A stretch of DNA of 63,175 bases, filler included, from Dimorphilus gyrociliatus (Eukaryota > Animalia > Annelida): the NCBI GenBank assembly GCA_904063045.1. It is 4 parts of 4 records of this genome, joined end to end, with 100 filler letters (N's around TTAATTAATTAA, not from the genome) between each part and the next. Parts side by side here need not be neighbours in the genome. Positions count along the whole stretch, not along the records: positions 17,872 to 39,977 come from CAJFCJ010000041.1; 3 more parts are not named here. The stretch is one strand, 5' to 3'. This document shows, in pieces, positions 22,958 through 36,189 of this stretch (the first letter of the stretch is position 1; each line of letters begins with the position of its first letter). Under the pieces are notes generated by a model that made no database searches, was not told the origin of the DNA, and saw nothing but the letters and a program-made list of their open reading frames with translations. Both the position numbers and the translations under genes were made by a program.

Positions 22958-24766
22958 GGTGACAGGTGAAACCGTACCCAGGTGAAACCGTACCCGGGTG
23001 AAATCGTACCCAGGTGAAATCGTACCCATTGGTGGTGAATCTCTTGCTGTGACCAAGTAAAACTGTTATTGTTGATTCATATAGAAATGAAAAAAATATG
23101 ATAATGTATGTATTGAAGAGGTATTATACTATAAGTTAACTAAAGAAAAGAATAGATAATAGCAACTATGGAGTATAAATATAAGATGTCTGGATTAATA
23201 ATTCATCAGCTAATATCCTTCCAAGCTTATAATCATCCCAGATTTCAAATATTTTCTTCTCTATATCACCATATTTTTTTCTCTCATATTTGATAATCTT
23301 CTTCTCAGAGAGAAGTTTTTCATAAATACAAACCAAATCAGCCTCTCTTTTCAATTCATCAATCAACAAATAGAATGATCCTTTTGATTGTACTTTATTA
23401 TTCATTCTATTGTGCCATCCATACTATTATTAGTCCTTATTGATAATCCAAATATTGCCCAATTCAATGGTTTCCAAGTAGAATTCAAAATCCAAGTATT
23501 TTCATAATATTCCAGCAAGTCTGAAAATTTTCTCTTTTCTTCCAGCTGACTCTTCAAGCTAAAAAATGTTGAATGTTCCATCTATAAACCAATGATTTGA
23601 TTTACCAAGTAAATCAAGCTGATGATTTGTGGCAAAAATCAAGATTCTATTGTTGTTTTCATAAATGTCATCTTTTAAGAAATCATCAGGAATGAAATTC
23701 TTATTTAAATCAAAGTCCACTTCTTTTGGTTCATTAGGCCTAAGTTTCTGTCTGGTAAAATTTGCAACTCTTTTCAAATAGTCAATATTTGGCAGAGTCA
23801 GTTTGTTCTTGGTGTTTCAACAGAACTGTTTCTGCTAATCTTCTTCCACTTGAATGTGTGTCAGTTAGGCACATATCCCTTAAATCTTTCCTGATTGATA
23901 TATTGGATAATAAACTTTGATTGGCTCCATGAATGTGTTTTTTGCTTCCCTTTATAAATGAATTTCCTTGTTGGCGAATTCTTGCAAGACATCTCTGCTT
24001 TTTAGTTCTTTTACTGCACACCCAAATGCTACTTTTAGAAGTTTTAGCCTTGAGTGTGAATGAAAATCCATTGTGTATCAGAATGTCCTTTCCCAGTTGA
24101 CTTCCACCACTAATTATTTGAAAATCATTATCCATAACTTCTTGGAAAGTGTCAACAGCATTGACTGATGATATTTCATCATTATTTGTATAAGAATCTC
24201 TAAGATCATCACCTTTTCTGTTATCTGTTGTCTCTTCATCAATCTTTTCATCTTCATTCTCATCCATTGCAACTCTTTCTTTCATTCCTTGATCTTCTAG
24301 TCTTGTCATTTGAAGAAGACACTGTCTTTTTTCACAATCCAGACAAACTGACAGCCTGAAATCTGAAAGGAAGTAATTGTATATTTACAATTGACCAGAT
24401 GAATTACAAAATTCTTACTGATGATACATTTTTCATGAAGAAGCTCATTACATAGCAAACAGAATTTTCTGTAAGTTTGCAATTTTTGCACTTGATTGCC
24501 ATATTTCAAAATGCGCAGATTTGAAATGTTTAATTTATTATTTGAAAAGCAGCAGAAAACTTTGAAACAAATATTTATAATACTATTTCAAGATTCTCTT
24601 ATCAAGTAATCAACAAACAAATTCAAAATGGCTGACCTGAAAAAAACTGGTACTTGTATATCACATATATAAAACAAATAAATTAATTATTTCATTTTTT
24701 GATTTTCTCATGTTGACAGTTAAAATTTCATCCAGGTACGATTTCACCCAGGTACGGTTTCACCCC
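22958..24766 (-). mobile_element. Internally deleted Mutator-like (MULE) transposon with FLYWCH and broken DDE domain
   Basis: Inverted subterminal 16-bp repeats GGTGAAA(C/T)CGTACCCA at both ends. FLYWCH GKDILIHNGFSF...WVC...C...H.H; DDE WFIDGTF; YENTW...RTNN..WHN with frameshifts. An orphan end of the same family lies at 26789-26858. Confidence 0.88.
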
Positions 24767-24896
24767 TATTCTTAGTGACTACCACTGTAAATTTATAAAT
24801 TTGTAAAAGTAGCTAAACCTCTGCATACCTTAATGAAATTTCATAGTGTAAAATGTTTGTTATTTTTTATGCTTATACTATGCTGTTATATGCAAA

Positions 24897-25104
24897 GGGG
24901 TCGACAGAAAACGTCCACAAATGAGAAATTTCAAGACAAAAATTTGGATTGAGAAATGGTTAGACAAAAGAAAACAGCAACTGATTTGTAGTTAGGACGG
25001 TCTCCTCTGAGGGTTAGGGGTAAAGGAAAAAGGTTAGGTACAGCTAAGGGCTGGGTTAGGGTTAGGGTAAAAGCACTGATTTGTGGACGTTTTCTGTCAT
25101 ATCC
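24897..25104. mobile_element. 208-bp MULE MITE with 9-bp TSD and internal TTAGGG-like repeats
   Basis: TIR GACAGAAAACGTCCACAAAT / ATTTGTGGACGTTTTCTGTC, flanked by ATATGCAAA at 24888-24896 and 25105-25113. Related partial copies at ~44988-45104, 59295-59444 and ~59500-59597. Confidence 0.92.
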
Positions 25105-25704
25105 ATATGCAAATGATACATTTACTTACTAAAAAGCCTATGCAAGAAAATACAATAACCTTTGGCCAAACATAGACCTTGCTTGGTCACATTTGAAATG
25201 TAACAATACTATTGGATGAGAAAACTTGTCAATTTGCCATAATTTTATTTATCAATTAAAACAAATAGCAGTTTAGAAAATAGGTACAAGAGAATTATTA
25301 TTCAAATGTGATAAATAAGTTATTAGTAATGTTTACTAAAGTTATTAACCACCTACTACTCTACAGTCTACATAAGTTGAATTTTATTGATCAGTAATTG
25401 TGAATCAAATAGCGATAAATAGTTCTATTGATAGTGCTTTCACTAGTTTGTTAATAATTTAGTACAGAAAGTAAGACTATATACTCAAGTTAGTTCCATA
25501 TAATAACACAAATCATTGATTATTTATAATGATAAATTAATTTTCTAATCATTGCATTTGTTCAAGTTTCACAATTAAATATATTAGGTTCAATTGAAAA
25601 ATTTCAAACTCGGTGTTTTTTTGCAAGAAATCTTTGTGAAATTTTATTAATTTTTTTGTATTTTATAGCCTATATTACTCTAAAAATATTAACAATTGTA
25701 TTTT

Positions 25705-26075
25705 CTAATATTCCCCTCCTTTCTCTCTGCAAGCCTGCCATTTGCAAAGTAGGTTGATACCGTTCTGATTAAAGGAGGATGGCTTTCTCCTTAGAAAATC
25801 TTCGATGGTTTTTTTCAATTCTTCCAAATTATCATAATGGACCCCTCTCATATGGTCCTTCAATCTCCTAAAAAGATAATAGTCTGTGAGGGCATAATGA
25901 CCATCCTTGGTCTCTTATAAAGTCTGTTGTTAGGAGACTTGTATGTGGTCTTGCATTATCATGCTGTAAAATTATTTGTTTACCATCAAATAGGCTGCCA
26001 AAGTCTTTGTTGTCTCGATAAAATTGTCAGAGAATTTACATCTTCTCTTCATCACGACTGGAATAAAAAAGGTTT
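25705..26075 (-). mobile_element. Mariner (DD34D-type) transposase remnant
   Basis: IILQHDNARPHTS...DYYL...LKDHMRG...LEELKKTIEDF...GI...W..C, with indels. Confidence 0.8.
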
Positions 26076-28883
26076 TAAAGAGACATGAGCCATGTGTTGA
26101 ACAATTCACAAAAGGATGGTTTTAAGAACTTGTCCAACTAAGAGTTGATCAGTAATAATGTAGACTGATATGAAGTAATTTTTATTTGATTCTCACTGAG
26201 TAGGCCTGATGACTACAGCAAATGAACAAGTGATGGATAAAAAAATTTAAAGTGATGAAAAATAGGGGAATATTGGAGGTGACCTAAAGCCACACTCCAA
26301 AATTCGGTCCGACTTGATATCAAGTCAGATAGCAAATGTAACAAAGTCAACAGCCAAATGAGTAGAATCAAGCACACGCTAAAATGACAAGAGTAACTGT
26401 GAGAGGTATAAAAGGGAAAATATGTGACAGTATAGGGTGAGAGGCAAACGAAGTTTATAAATAAATTGTAACGAAATTATTAATTAATTTCGTGATACAA
26501 GTAAAATATAAATCTTGTAAACTATATATATATATATATATATGTGTGTAAATTATTAAATTAATTCCATGATATTCTGTTACTTAGAATGCCAGTTTTT
26601 AATATTTGTACTCATTTCAAGTCAGCCATCTTGATTTAATGTTCTCTTTTTCTTTTCATTTCCTTTTTAATTGTTTTAATTTTTTAGATAAATGTATGCT
26701 TATATATCTGCTATATACATTGTATCAGTATAACATAGATTTCATTATCACAAGTTTCATAAACATATACCATATATTAAAAAAAAATGGGTACGGTTTA
26801 ACCCAGGTACGGTTTAACCCGGGTATGGTTTAAAGCAGGTACAGTTTCACCTGCTCCCTAGAAAATATGTGGCATCTGACTAAGAATGTAGTGTACAATG
26901 GGGCACTATCCAAGTCTGAGGATGAACTATGGGAATAAATTGTGTCTGGGTTTTTGGGATGATCCTATAAAGTAAATGACAGGTATGTTGGAACACCTCA
27001 AATTTTTATAAGCCAAATATTAAAAATCTTTTTCATGATGAAAAAAGATTATTTTTTTTATTTTTTTAGTGTTTAATAATAGGTTAAACTTGAAATTTTA
27101 TATAAATTTCTTTAAAACAGCAGTTAGGTATGTTTTTACATATTTTTTTTTATAGAAATTACCATAGTTTGTGATTTTTTTTCTTATTTGGCAGCTTAAC
27201 ATGTTTTTTGGAACAATATTGATTTGTTCAAGTTTTATCTATTTTGTATGTGCCCACCNNNNNNNNNNNNNNNNNNNNNNNNNNNNNNNNNNNNNNNNNN
27301 NNNNNNNNNNNNNNNNNNNNNNNNNNNNNNNNNNNNNNNNNNNNNNNNNNNNNNNNNNNNNNNNNNNNNNNNNNNNNNNNNNNNNNNNNNNNNNNNNNNN
27401 NNNNNNNNNNNNNNNNNNNNNNNNNNNNNNNNNNNNNNNNNNNNNNNNNNNNNNNNNNNNNNNNNNNNNNNNNNNNNNNNNNNNNNNNNNNNNNNNNNNN
27501 NNNNNNNNNNNNNNNNNNNNNNNNNNNNNNNNNNNNNNNNNNNNNNNNNNNNNNNNNNNNNNNNNNNNNNNNNNNNNNNNNNNNNNNNNNNNNNNNNNNN
27601 NNNNNNNNNNNNNNNNNNNNNNNNNNNNNNNNNNNNNNNNNNNNNNNNNNNNNNNNNNNNNNNNNNNNNNNNNNNNNNNNNNNNNNNNNNNNNNNNNNNN
27701 NNNNNNNNNNNNNNNNNNNNNNNNNNNNNNNNNNNNNNNNNNNNNNNNNNNNNNNNNNNNNNNNNNNNNNNNNNNNNNNNNNNNNNNNNNNNNNNNNNNN
27801 NNNNNNNNNNNNNNNNNNNNNNNNNNNNNNNNNNNNNNNNNNNNNNNNNNNNNNNNNNNNNNNNNNNNNNNNNNNNNNNNNNNNNNNNNNNNNNNNNNNN
27901 NNNNNNNNNNNNNNNNNNNNNNNNNNNNNNNNNNNNNNNNNNNNNNNNNNNNNNNNNNNNNNNNNNNNNNNNNNNNNNNNNNNNNNNNNNNNNNNNNNNN
28001 NNNNNNNNNNNNNNNNNNNNNNNNNNNNNNNNNNNNNNNNNNNNNNNNNNNNNNNNNNNNNNNNNNNNNNNNNNNNNNNNNNNNNNNNNNNNNNNNNNNN
28101 NNNNNNNNNNNNNNNNNNNNNNNNNNNNNNNNNNNNNNNNNNNNNNNNNNNNNNNNNNNNNNNNNNNNNNNNNNNNNNNNNNNNNNNNCCTAAAACTCTT
28201 GCTGTTGCTCTTAATTTCCCTATTCCTCTATATTTCTTGATTACAAGATCCCTAATATATTTACTCCACACCATAATTAAAAAATTTTTGCTAATAATGT
28301 TCACAAAATATTATCATTTTCTTAAATTTTATTCAATATTATGTTAATTTAACTCTTTTTCTATATAAATTTAGACAAAAAATACCAATTTGCAGTGGAC
28401 AAACAATTTTAACCATTAATTAAAAGTTGGCCTATCAAAATTTACAGTTTCCATATACTCCTGTCGTCCACTTTATAGCAATTAACATTTAAAAAAAAAC
28501 GAAAATATATAATCTTTCTCTATAAGCTACAAATAAGTAGTCTAAGAAGAAAATGATGATTTTTGTTAGTAGTTCTGCTCTATGGAAAAGCATAAGAAAC
28601 ACTGCATTGCATTTGTTCTACTATCCATTTGATGTATTAAAGGAGGTGTTTTTCTTTTTTTCAGTAATCTTTTTTTTAACAAATTTTTGCTAAAATAGAC
28701 GACATGAAATTTCTGGCATCTATAATACTTCCATATTCTAATGTTGATTGATATATGAAAGATTAATTGTAATGTAGTAGTCTCTTCCACAGTGTTATTT
28801 TTGTGAAAAAAATCTAAGGTCAAGGTCACAATAGAGTATTTAAAAATCAGGAGTATAATTTGTGAGCACTTTGTTAATGGAGA

Positions 28884-29443
28884 TTGTACACATACATTCG
28901 TCAGCTCTATTGTATAATAAATAAGTGGTATTGAAACAGTATTATATAAAACGGTCAACTATACAATGCTTGTTTTCTTGATTGTTGGACTTGTAGTATT
29001 AAAATTGTTACATCTTATACAACTCTCCAACCTTTGAAATTCAATTATTATTTAGAAGAGGAAAACAATAAAAACATGGCCATATTTACAACATTTTTTT
29101 GTCTCCAAATGTTACTTTTGTTTTGTGAACATTGAAATTAGTGAACTATTAACCCTTAAAAGTGCGTATAAACTCTATGAGATTAACAGTTGATAGTTCA
29201 ATTCCCTAACTGTCAGGTTATGGCCTAAACTAGTTTGTTTAGAGCTAAAAGCTCATTTTACTCAATACATTTTCTTTGGATGAAATACTCATGTTTTGTT
29301 TATTAACTTCTACCAAAATTACATTTATTATGACTATTTGTGGATAAACTTTAAAGATTCTATTTGGATCAGTACTTTGGTGGATTGGTCAATTATTGAA
29401 ATTACAAACAAGAAATTCCTACAGTTACTAACAACAAAGTACA
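28884..29443 (+). mobile_element. Degenerate LINE (CR1/L2-like) RT-derived repeat, internally deleted copy
   Basis: Homologous to the copies at 36190-36870, 40790-41370, 43540-44488 and 48520-49462. Confidence 0.7.
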
Positions 29444-29447
29444 AATA

Positions 29448-30000
29448 TGGCGCAGTCGGCAGCCCACAATGCTACTTCAATGACCGTTATTTTGGCTTAT
29501 GAAAATGACAAAGGCAGAGACAAGGAAGTAGATGAATATCTTGCAAAAATAAATGAATTAATATTGAGAATTAAAAGTAATGGAGCCAAAGTTGATGGTA
29601 ATAGCTTTTTCAAATACCATTTTATGACTTGGGCAGCTACAATTCATGAAGGTATGATGAATACTGATCCTACTCAACCAAAATCCAGTTTTGATAACAT
29701 TCAAGAAAGTGCTTTGGAAAAGACAATTGTAAGTCTTCTAATTGATGCTAATGAGAAATCTAATACTACTTTGCTGAGACCCTATTCTGGTAGCAAAGAT
29801 ACTTAAGCCTTTAAGAGAAACCTTCAAACTTCTTGTGAATTAAACTTTTGGGAGACAGAGGAGAAAAGAATTCAAATGCTACTGGAAGAGCCAGAGATGT
29901 TATTGAAAGCTTACCCTTCATGGCTGACTGAAAATGAATTTTGGGATATATTGTGGACACTTAGATATAATAAAACATCGATATTTAGACTTTAGATATA
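29448..30000 (+). mobile_element. Internally deleted gypsy element: tRNA-Ser-like PBS, gag fragment with stop, short piece matching the 19982-20191 LTR
   Basis: TGGCGCAGTCGGCAG at 29448 resembles the complement of eukaryotic tRNA-Ser 3' ends. PYSGSKDT*AFKRNLQTSCELNFW parallels the 18-kb gag. ATATTTAGACTTTAGATAT is shared with ~20007-20026. Confidence 0.6.
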
Positions 30001-30070
30001 AAGTGCTTAGATGAGACACTCCTAAATAGAGAATCCTCAGTAATATATTTAATGTAATCAAATTCTACAG

Positions 30071-33000
30071 CTAGACAAAACAGCCATTAAAACATTTTAT
30101 ATGATAAACACAGAAGACAGTGCGAGTTTGCAGAACTTTCCGTATAAATTTACCATATTCTAATATATTTTCCTCACATTTTCCACTATCAAAATACACG
30201 AGCTCATCAATTGAAATGCACAACATTGTTTTTCCATTTTGCTTGAAAAACAAAATTACTTTTTGATATTTTTTGCTTACAAATTTGAGTATTTCATCCC
30301 AACCTTATTATAGATGTTATCAATTGAAAAACTTCTGTTAAAGCATATATCCTTGCTGTGCATAAATACAATAGACTTTATAAGTGATTGTAATACATAA
30401 AAATATTTGGTATTCTCATAAAATCTCCTATCCATTTGTAGTTTAGTGAAATCCTGTGAAACGTTATGGCAAATTCCATGCTCTTTGCAGTCTTTAAAAT
30501 AACAAAGTACTGATGAAAAAATGTTTTTTTTAGAGTTAGTTGAAAAAAAATATGGAGAAAAAAACAAGAAACAAGAAAACCATACACTTTTTGACAACAT
30601 CCAAAATTTCAAGTTTGTATAAAAGTTTTCTGTTTGTATTAAAAGAATGTTAATAATTTATTTATGCACTTCAGTTCAAATTATAAAAGTTTACCTATGA
30701 ATTCTACAATTTTTCTTTCTATGAAAGAATTCACCAAAGAGAAATGCTGTAGGATTAACAACAGAATTGATTGGCAAAAATATTATGACAATTAATACAT
30801 AAATGTCATTTTTTATGTTCAAATTCACCAAAAGTGAAATAAGACCTAAAAATCATTAAAAAAGTATTTGAACAAGAGAAAAATTATTGATTTTATTAAA
30901 AGAGGAACCTAAAAGTGAAACAGGCATCCAACATAATAGGTTTGTTATTACAATGACAATAATGACTTTTGACAGATTTCTGTTTAACAACCTTCCTACA
31001 GACATTCTATTCATCTTTCTCTTGGACTTCTTAAGAAGGATAAAAATATGAGCATAGGAAAATACCACAATGATACTAAACATTATCATTAGAATACTAA
31101 ATAGAATAAATGACAGATACCAGCCTTTAAATTTATTATTTCTTATGAAAATATTAAAGCAAATTGGTGTTTTAGCATGAAAATTCTAAAAAAAATATTT
31201 AACTTAAAGTAAGGAAAAAGATGGGAAGTTTTATCTATCTTACCGGATATAATAATGAAGGAGTAAGAGCTATTAGAATTGTTATAATAATGATAGATAT
31301 GGAAATTTCCATTTTCCTTTCCTTTAGGACAGTTTGACCAAAATTTTGGATAACAAACTTTCTTTCTAAACTTAAAACTACCACACTAATTGCGGAGAGT
31401 AACAATCCAAATGTCATTAAAATTCCCAATAGTTTACATACACTGCTATATCTCCAATTTATATCCTGGTAAAGGTAGTTGTTTTTAAAATATAAATCAA
31501 CTTGAGAAATTGTCAAAAAGTAAGCAGATGTTGTCAAATCTCCCACAATAAGTGTTAACTGGTAGGAATTGTAGGACTTTTTAGCTGTAGTATAACTTAA
31601 GAAGAAAATGATTAATGACACACTATTCCCTAAAAATCCAATCACTCCAGTAAACCAAAAAAGAAATTGAATTGCACGACTTGCCAAAAGGTTTGAGCAA
31701 ATTCGATTTATAGGTTGTTTTGGCAAACAAAGAATTCTTTTATCAAATTTAGCCCAGACAAGACAGCATAAATTAAAACTTAAACTAAACAATATTTTTA
31801 AATTATTTAAACTTTTCACAATCAATTCTAAAGAACTTGATGGAAAGTTGGTGTTATTTAAATGCAATTCTTTCAATTGTGTTAATTGATTAAAAAAGTT
31901 ATCTTTAATTGATTTAAGCCTACAATTTGTCATTTTTAGAATCTTTAATCTTATTAGACTAAATTTTGAACTTGATTGAATAGCTACTATTTTGGTGTAT
32001 GAAATATCTAAATATCTCAACATATTTAAATCAAATGTATGCAAAAAGTCCAAATTTTCCATTGGATTGTAAGAAATATCTAAATATTGTAACAATTTAG
32101 GATTTTCTTTTAGTTTTGTTGTAAATTTTGAAATATTGCACTTTCTTAAAATTGCAATAACTAAATTTGGAAAATAATAAATAGGAAATGCAGATAGTCC
32201 ACTCTTTTCCATTTGTAGATAGTGCAAATTAACTGATACTTGAGATTGGAATTTGAAATTTCCCACCATTGACACCATCTTGATATTAGTATTTAAATGA
32301 ATTTCCATAAACTTATCATTGTTTAGTGTCTTTTCTTGACAAAAATTAGAAAATGGAGACTTTTGAACACAATATTTTGATTTAGAGGTATTTTGAAAGC
32401 AAAGTAATTCATCACTGCCATAAGTACAATCAATAATTCCATTGCATACTTTTGAAGGAAGGATAAATTGACTTTCATTTCTGCATTTAAAATAGCCTTT
32501 TGGTATGAAATTTTCTGTTGAGGTTTAACAACCCTTTTGAATATTGATTTTTATGAAATATATTTAGAGAGAGCAAAATTACCACAAAAAAGCTCATCAT
32601 CACCATAAATACAGTGATTGATACCATCACAGAATTGTTGAATTGATATACAAAAATTATTTATATAACAGAGATATTCTCCCTGATTACATTTTGTATT
32701 TGTACAAAATTTCAAGTCTTCTTGTGGAAATTGATTGGTTGTTATCAAATTTCCCATTGAGTCATAAACTACTCTACACTTAGTTTTTGAAGCATTTTCA
32801 ATACATAATTGATTTCGAATATTATTATATTCCAAAGAGCAATCATTAATTTTTTCATCAACATTACTTCTACAATTTTTTTGGAAGTTACACATGAAAC
32901 TTTTGGGAATAAACTTGCTAGGACAAGCCACTTAACAATGACATATTGAAAGGTAAGAAATTATATAACTTTCTCATCATTTACACATATTGAATTCATA

Positions 33001-35999
33001 CCGTTGTAATAGTTTTCTGATTTGGAGTATTTAAAGTCCTCATCACTTCCATCAAAGCAATTTCTTTCATTATCACCAATTTCCTTGGGTTGAAGACATT
33101 GACCGTTTGAACAATATCTATAATTTAAAAATTTAACAAATCTCATGGACTACCAAATACTCACTTGAGATCTTCAGTACAATTTTCCCTCCCTGTATGA
33201 TAATAAAGAAAAATATGCTTTATCTTTAGTTAAACCATAAAAAATCTTACAGCAAAAAATTTCATCAGAAGCATCAGGACAATCATTCACAAAATCACAC
33301 ACAACTGTAAAGCTAACTATTACATTGGAACTTATACAGAAAAATTTGGCAATGTTGAAACTTTCAAAACAGTTCAATTCATCTTCTCCCATTGGACAAT
33401 CACTTTTACCATCACAAACATAAATGTATGATATGCAAATTTCTCCATTTAAACATGAAAATGAATTTAAATGACATGTAATGTTTTGAATTGATAGTGA
33501 ATTGAGTGAAGATTGAATAAAAGATTTATTTATTTCTTAGAAAACAAATTCGATTTTAACAATAAAAATATAAGTTCTATGTAAAAGAGAATCTATCTAC
33601 TAGGTTGTTTGTGACAAATGTAATAATTTGTCAGGATATCACTACAGTGTCTTTTAGTCATTTCCAGGGTTTGTTGATAATTCCCCAGTAGAAACATAAA
33701 TTGATAGCAATCATTTTCAATACGCTCTGAAAATATGTTGACTTCTAACTTTAATAAATAATCTTCTAAAATACACATTTTGAATCTGCACCTCTAAATG
33801 GTAAAGTATTTCAATCAACAATATCCTATATATATGTATAAATCTCTTACATAGTCATCAATAAAATTAGTTTGGCATTTATACAAAATTGGAAAATTGC
33901 TTGCTGTGACAACAACTGGTTTATTGTTTCTCATAAATGTATGATAAGCTCCTTAAGTTAAAAAGACAAGAAAAATGTATAAAAAAATGTTTACAGCAAG
34001 GGGAATTTCACATTCATACTTAAATAGAATTTATAAAACTTTGAGGTTATTTTTTCATTTTGTAGCATAAAAAAATATTTCATTATGAAGGTTACACTCT
34101 GGTTTGGAATGTCAGTTAGTGTTAAGTTGTTACGTTGGCAGCTATCTTCAATTTCCTCAAGTGTAAGTAAGACTGGACTTTTAAATACATAATAACAAAT
34201 ATGATATAATGTATGAGCATTCTCTCCTAAGCACTGATTTCCTACAAGAAATATGTATTTAAAATTTTCAGTTATTTGGAAGAAAATATTGATATCTCAA
34301 CTTTCAATATTTGAACATTCAATATACAGCATATCATATTCATAGTTCTCACTTTTTTAATTATTAAAAATATGGTTTTTTTTGGCTATATAATCTAATA
34401 TTTGAAACCTTATTTTTTCCATCTCTTCAAAATGACATTCACTTAAATGTGCTTTGGAATGGGGACAATGCAAAGTTTTATAGGTTGCAAATAGTAGGAT
34501 GTTTGTTCTCTTTATATAGTTAATATATATAGGTTCTAATAAAGTTCCATAGAGAAAACCAAAACTTTTACATATAATTTGAACTTCAGTGTTTTTTAAA
34601 AATAGAAAATGGGCTACATTATTTGAATTTACAATAATTAATGATCCAATAAAGGAAGTCAAATTATGCTGTTCATCAGAAAACAAAGATTCCTTCTCTT
34701 CATTATAGAGTAAATATCTTGTGACTGGAATGTAAATATCAGTCTGTGATAGTGTAATTATTATTACCCACCTTTCCTTCTTTCCCCACAAATGGGATTT
34801 ATAAAACATACATCTTCATATCCATCAAAATTTTCTGGATAACAACCTTCAACTCTTTTATTTAAATATTTGCAATTTGTAAAAGCCACAGTCTATTAAA
34901 ATTTATCAAAACTAAAAACTATACAAATTATGGAATTGGAATGCTGAACTTTTTCATAAACTTTAATTGCATTTACGCCAAGTGAGTGGAATTTCTTATT
35001 CAATCTTTGACAAATAAAATCACTTGAAATGCTATATGTCTTTTTTTTACAGTTAAAATATGTAGGAAACAATCCATAGCTCTTTGATACAAATGTATAT
35101 TTTGAGACAGAATAATCTAAATATAGTCTTCTTAGTGTGGTTGAATAGAATGAATAGTATGGACTTGAGCTCATCACCTTCACTTCAAAATCTAATAATG
35201 AAAATTCTTCTCAATTAATGTAAGAAAAATCATTATACTACCATTAAGATTTAGATATGTGCACTGGAAATAATGAGAAGAAATCTTTGATAAAGTAATT
35301 CTTTTTAAATAAATTGCAGATAAGTTTGAATTAAAAATGGCTGAAAATTTTCTTTCCACAATGAAACTGTTTTTTTTCAAACAGATAAATTCTGATTTTT
35401 TGCAAACTAATTCAAGACTTTCATTGAATCTTATTAATTCATAATTTTTTCCTTGACTTCTAAAGTATAAATAATACATTTTTGCTCCATTCATTTTGAA
35501 TTGTCTAGCAAATATATCTGAAAGGAAATTCAATAGGATATTGCACAAAAGATTTTTAGCATTTAAAAAAACAAACATGATGGAGTTTTCTTGTAACATT
35601 TTAACAATGTACCATATAAGGCTTTTCCCTCTGAATATAAACTAAATAAAAGAAATTTATAATAGATATGTTTAGTTTTATATTATAAGCCTACAAATTG
35701 CAACATTCTGAAACATTTAAATATGCATAAATTGTAGTCTCCATATGATCATTTAACTTGTATGGATGTATGGTAGCATGAATTGAGTCATATCCCATAA
35801 GAATACATAAATCATACTTTATTTTGTCAACATTTTCGAAATTATATTTAAACCAGTATGCATCTGTCATATTTTGTTTATCTTCAACTTTTACATAGCC
35901 TTCAGCAAATATTTCATTCTCATTTGTTACATTTAAAACAACTGTTTGATGGGACGCTGAAAATAAAGAAAAAGCCAAATATGTTAATATTCCTATCAT
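30071..35999 (-). CDS. Multi-exon GRL101-like GPCR: signal peptide, degenerate SRCR-like repeats, CTL-like domain, 6 LDLa, LRRs, 7TM, kinase-C-lobe-like cytoplasmic tail
   Basis: LDLa VCDGKSDCPMGEDE, VCDFVNDCPDASDE, FCDGINHC..GDDE, VCNGIIDC..GSDE. LRRs LQYLDISYN, LKELHLNN. TM1 WFTGVIGFLGN, TM3 LSLERKF, TM6 TNLLCWMP, TM7 LPINSVVNP. Exons from ~34200 to the stop splice in frame by my reading; integrity of the 5' SRCR region (35200-35700) is unresolved. Confidence 0.85.
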
Positions 36000-36189
36000 C
36001 CTCTTCTCACAAATAATTCTAGGCTAAATAGAGAAAAGGGAAAAGACAATCATTTGAAAATTAATTTATATAAAATTACAATTTTTGGCCTATTCACAAT
36101 ATATTTTACAGTTTTCATTAAAATTTTCTTAGAAATTAATATTGCAAAAAAAACAAAATGGAAATTTCATATGATATTTACTGGAGCAG

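Noticed and set aside
22958-23030. Short direct repeats that might be a CRISPR array (also 19463-19548 and 41423-41520)
   Set aside because: No unique spacers, eukaryotic context, and mirrored at element ends: these are MULE subterminal repeats.
25050-25070. True telomere or chromosome-fusion site
   Set aside because: Only two to three TTAGGG units, inside a TSD-flanked MITE.
26160-26510. Possible solo LTR (TATAAAA, AATAAA, ends GATACA, 9-bp-stem hairpin at ~26470); similar TATA-like block at ~61600-61760
   Set aside because: No convincing TSD and no second copy in the window.
27171-28347. Four long ORFs in the track
   Set aside because: They are almost entirely N (gap 27259-28188).
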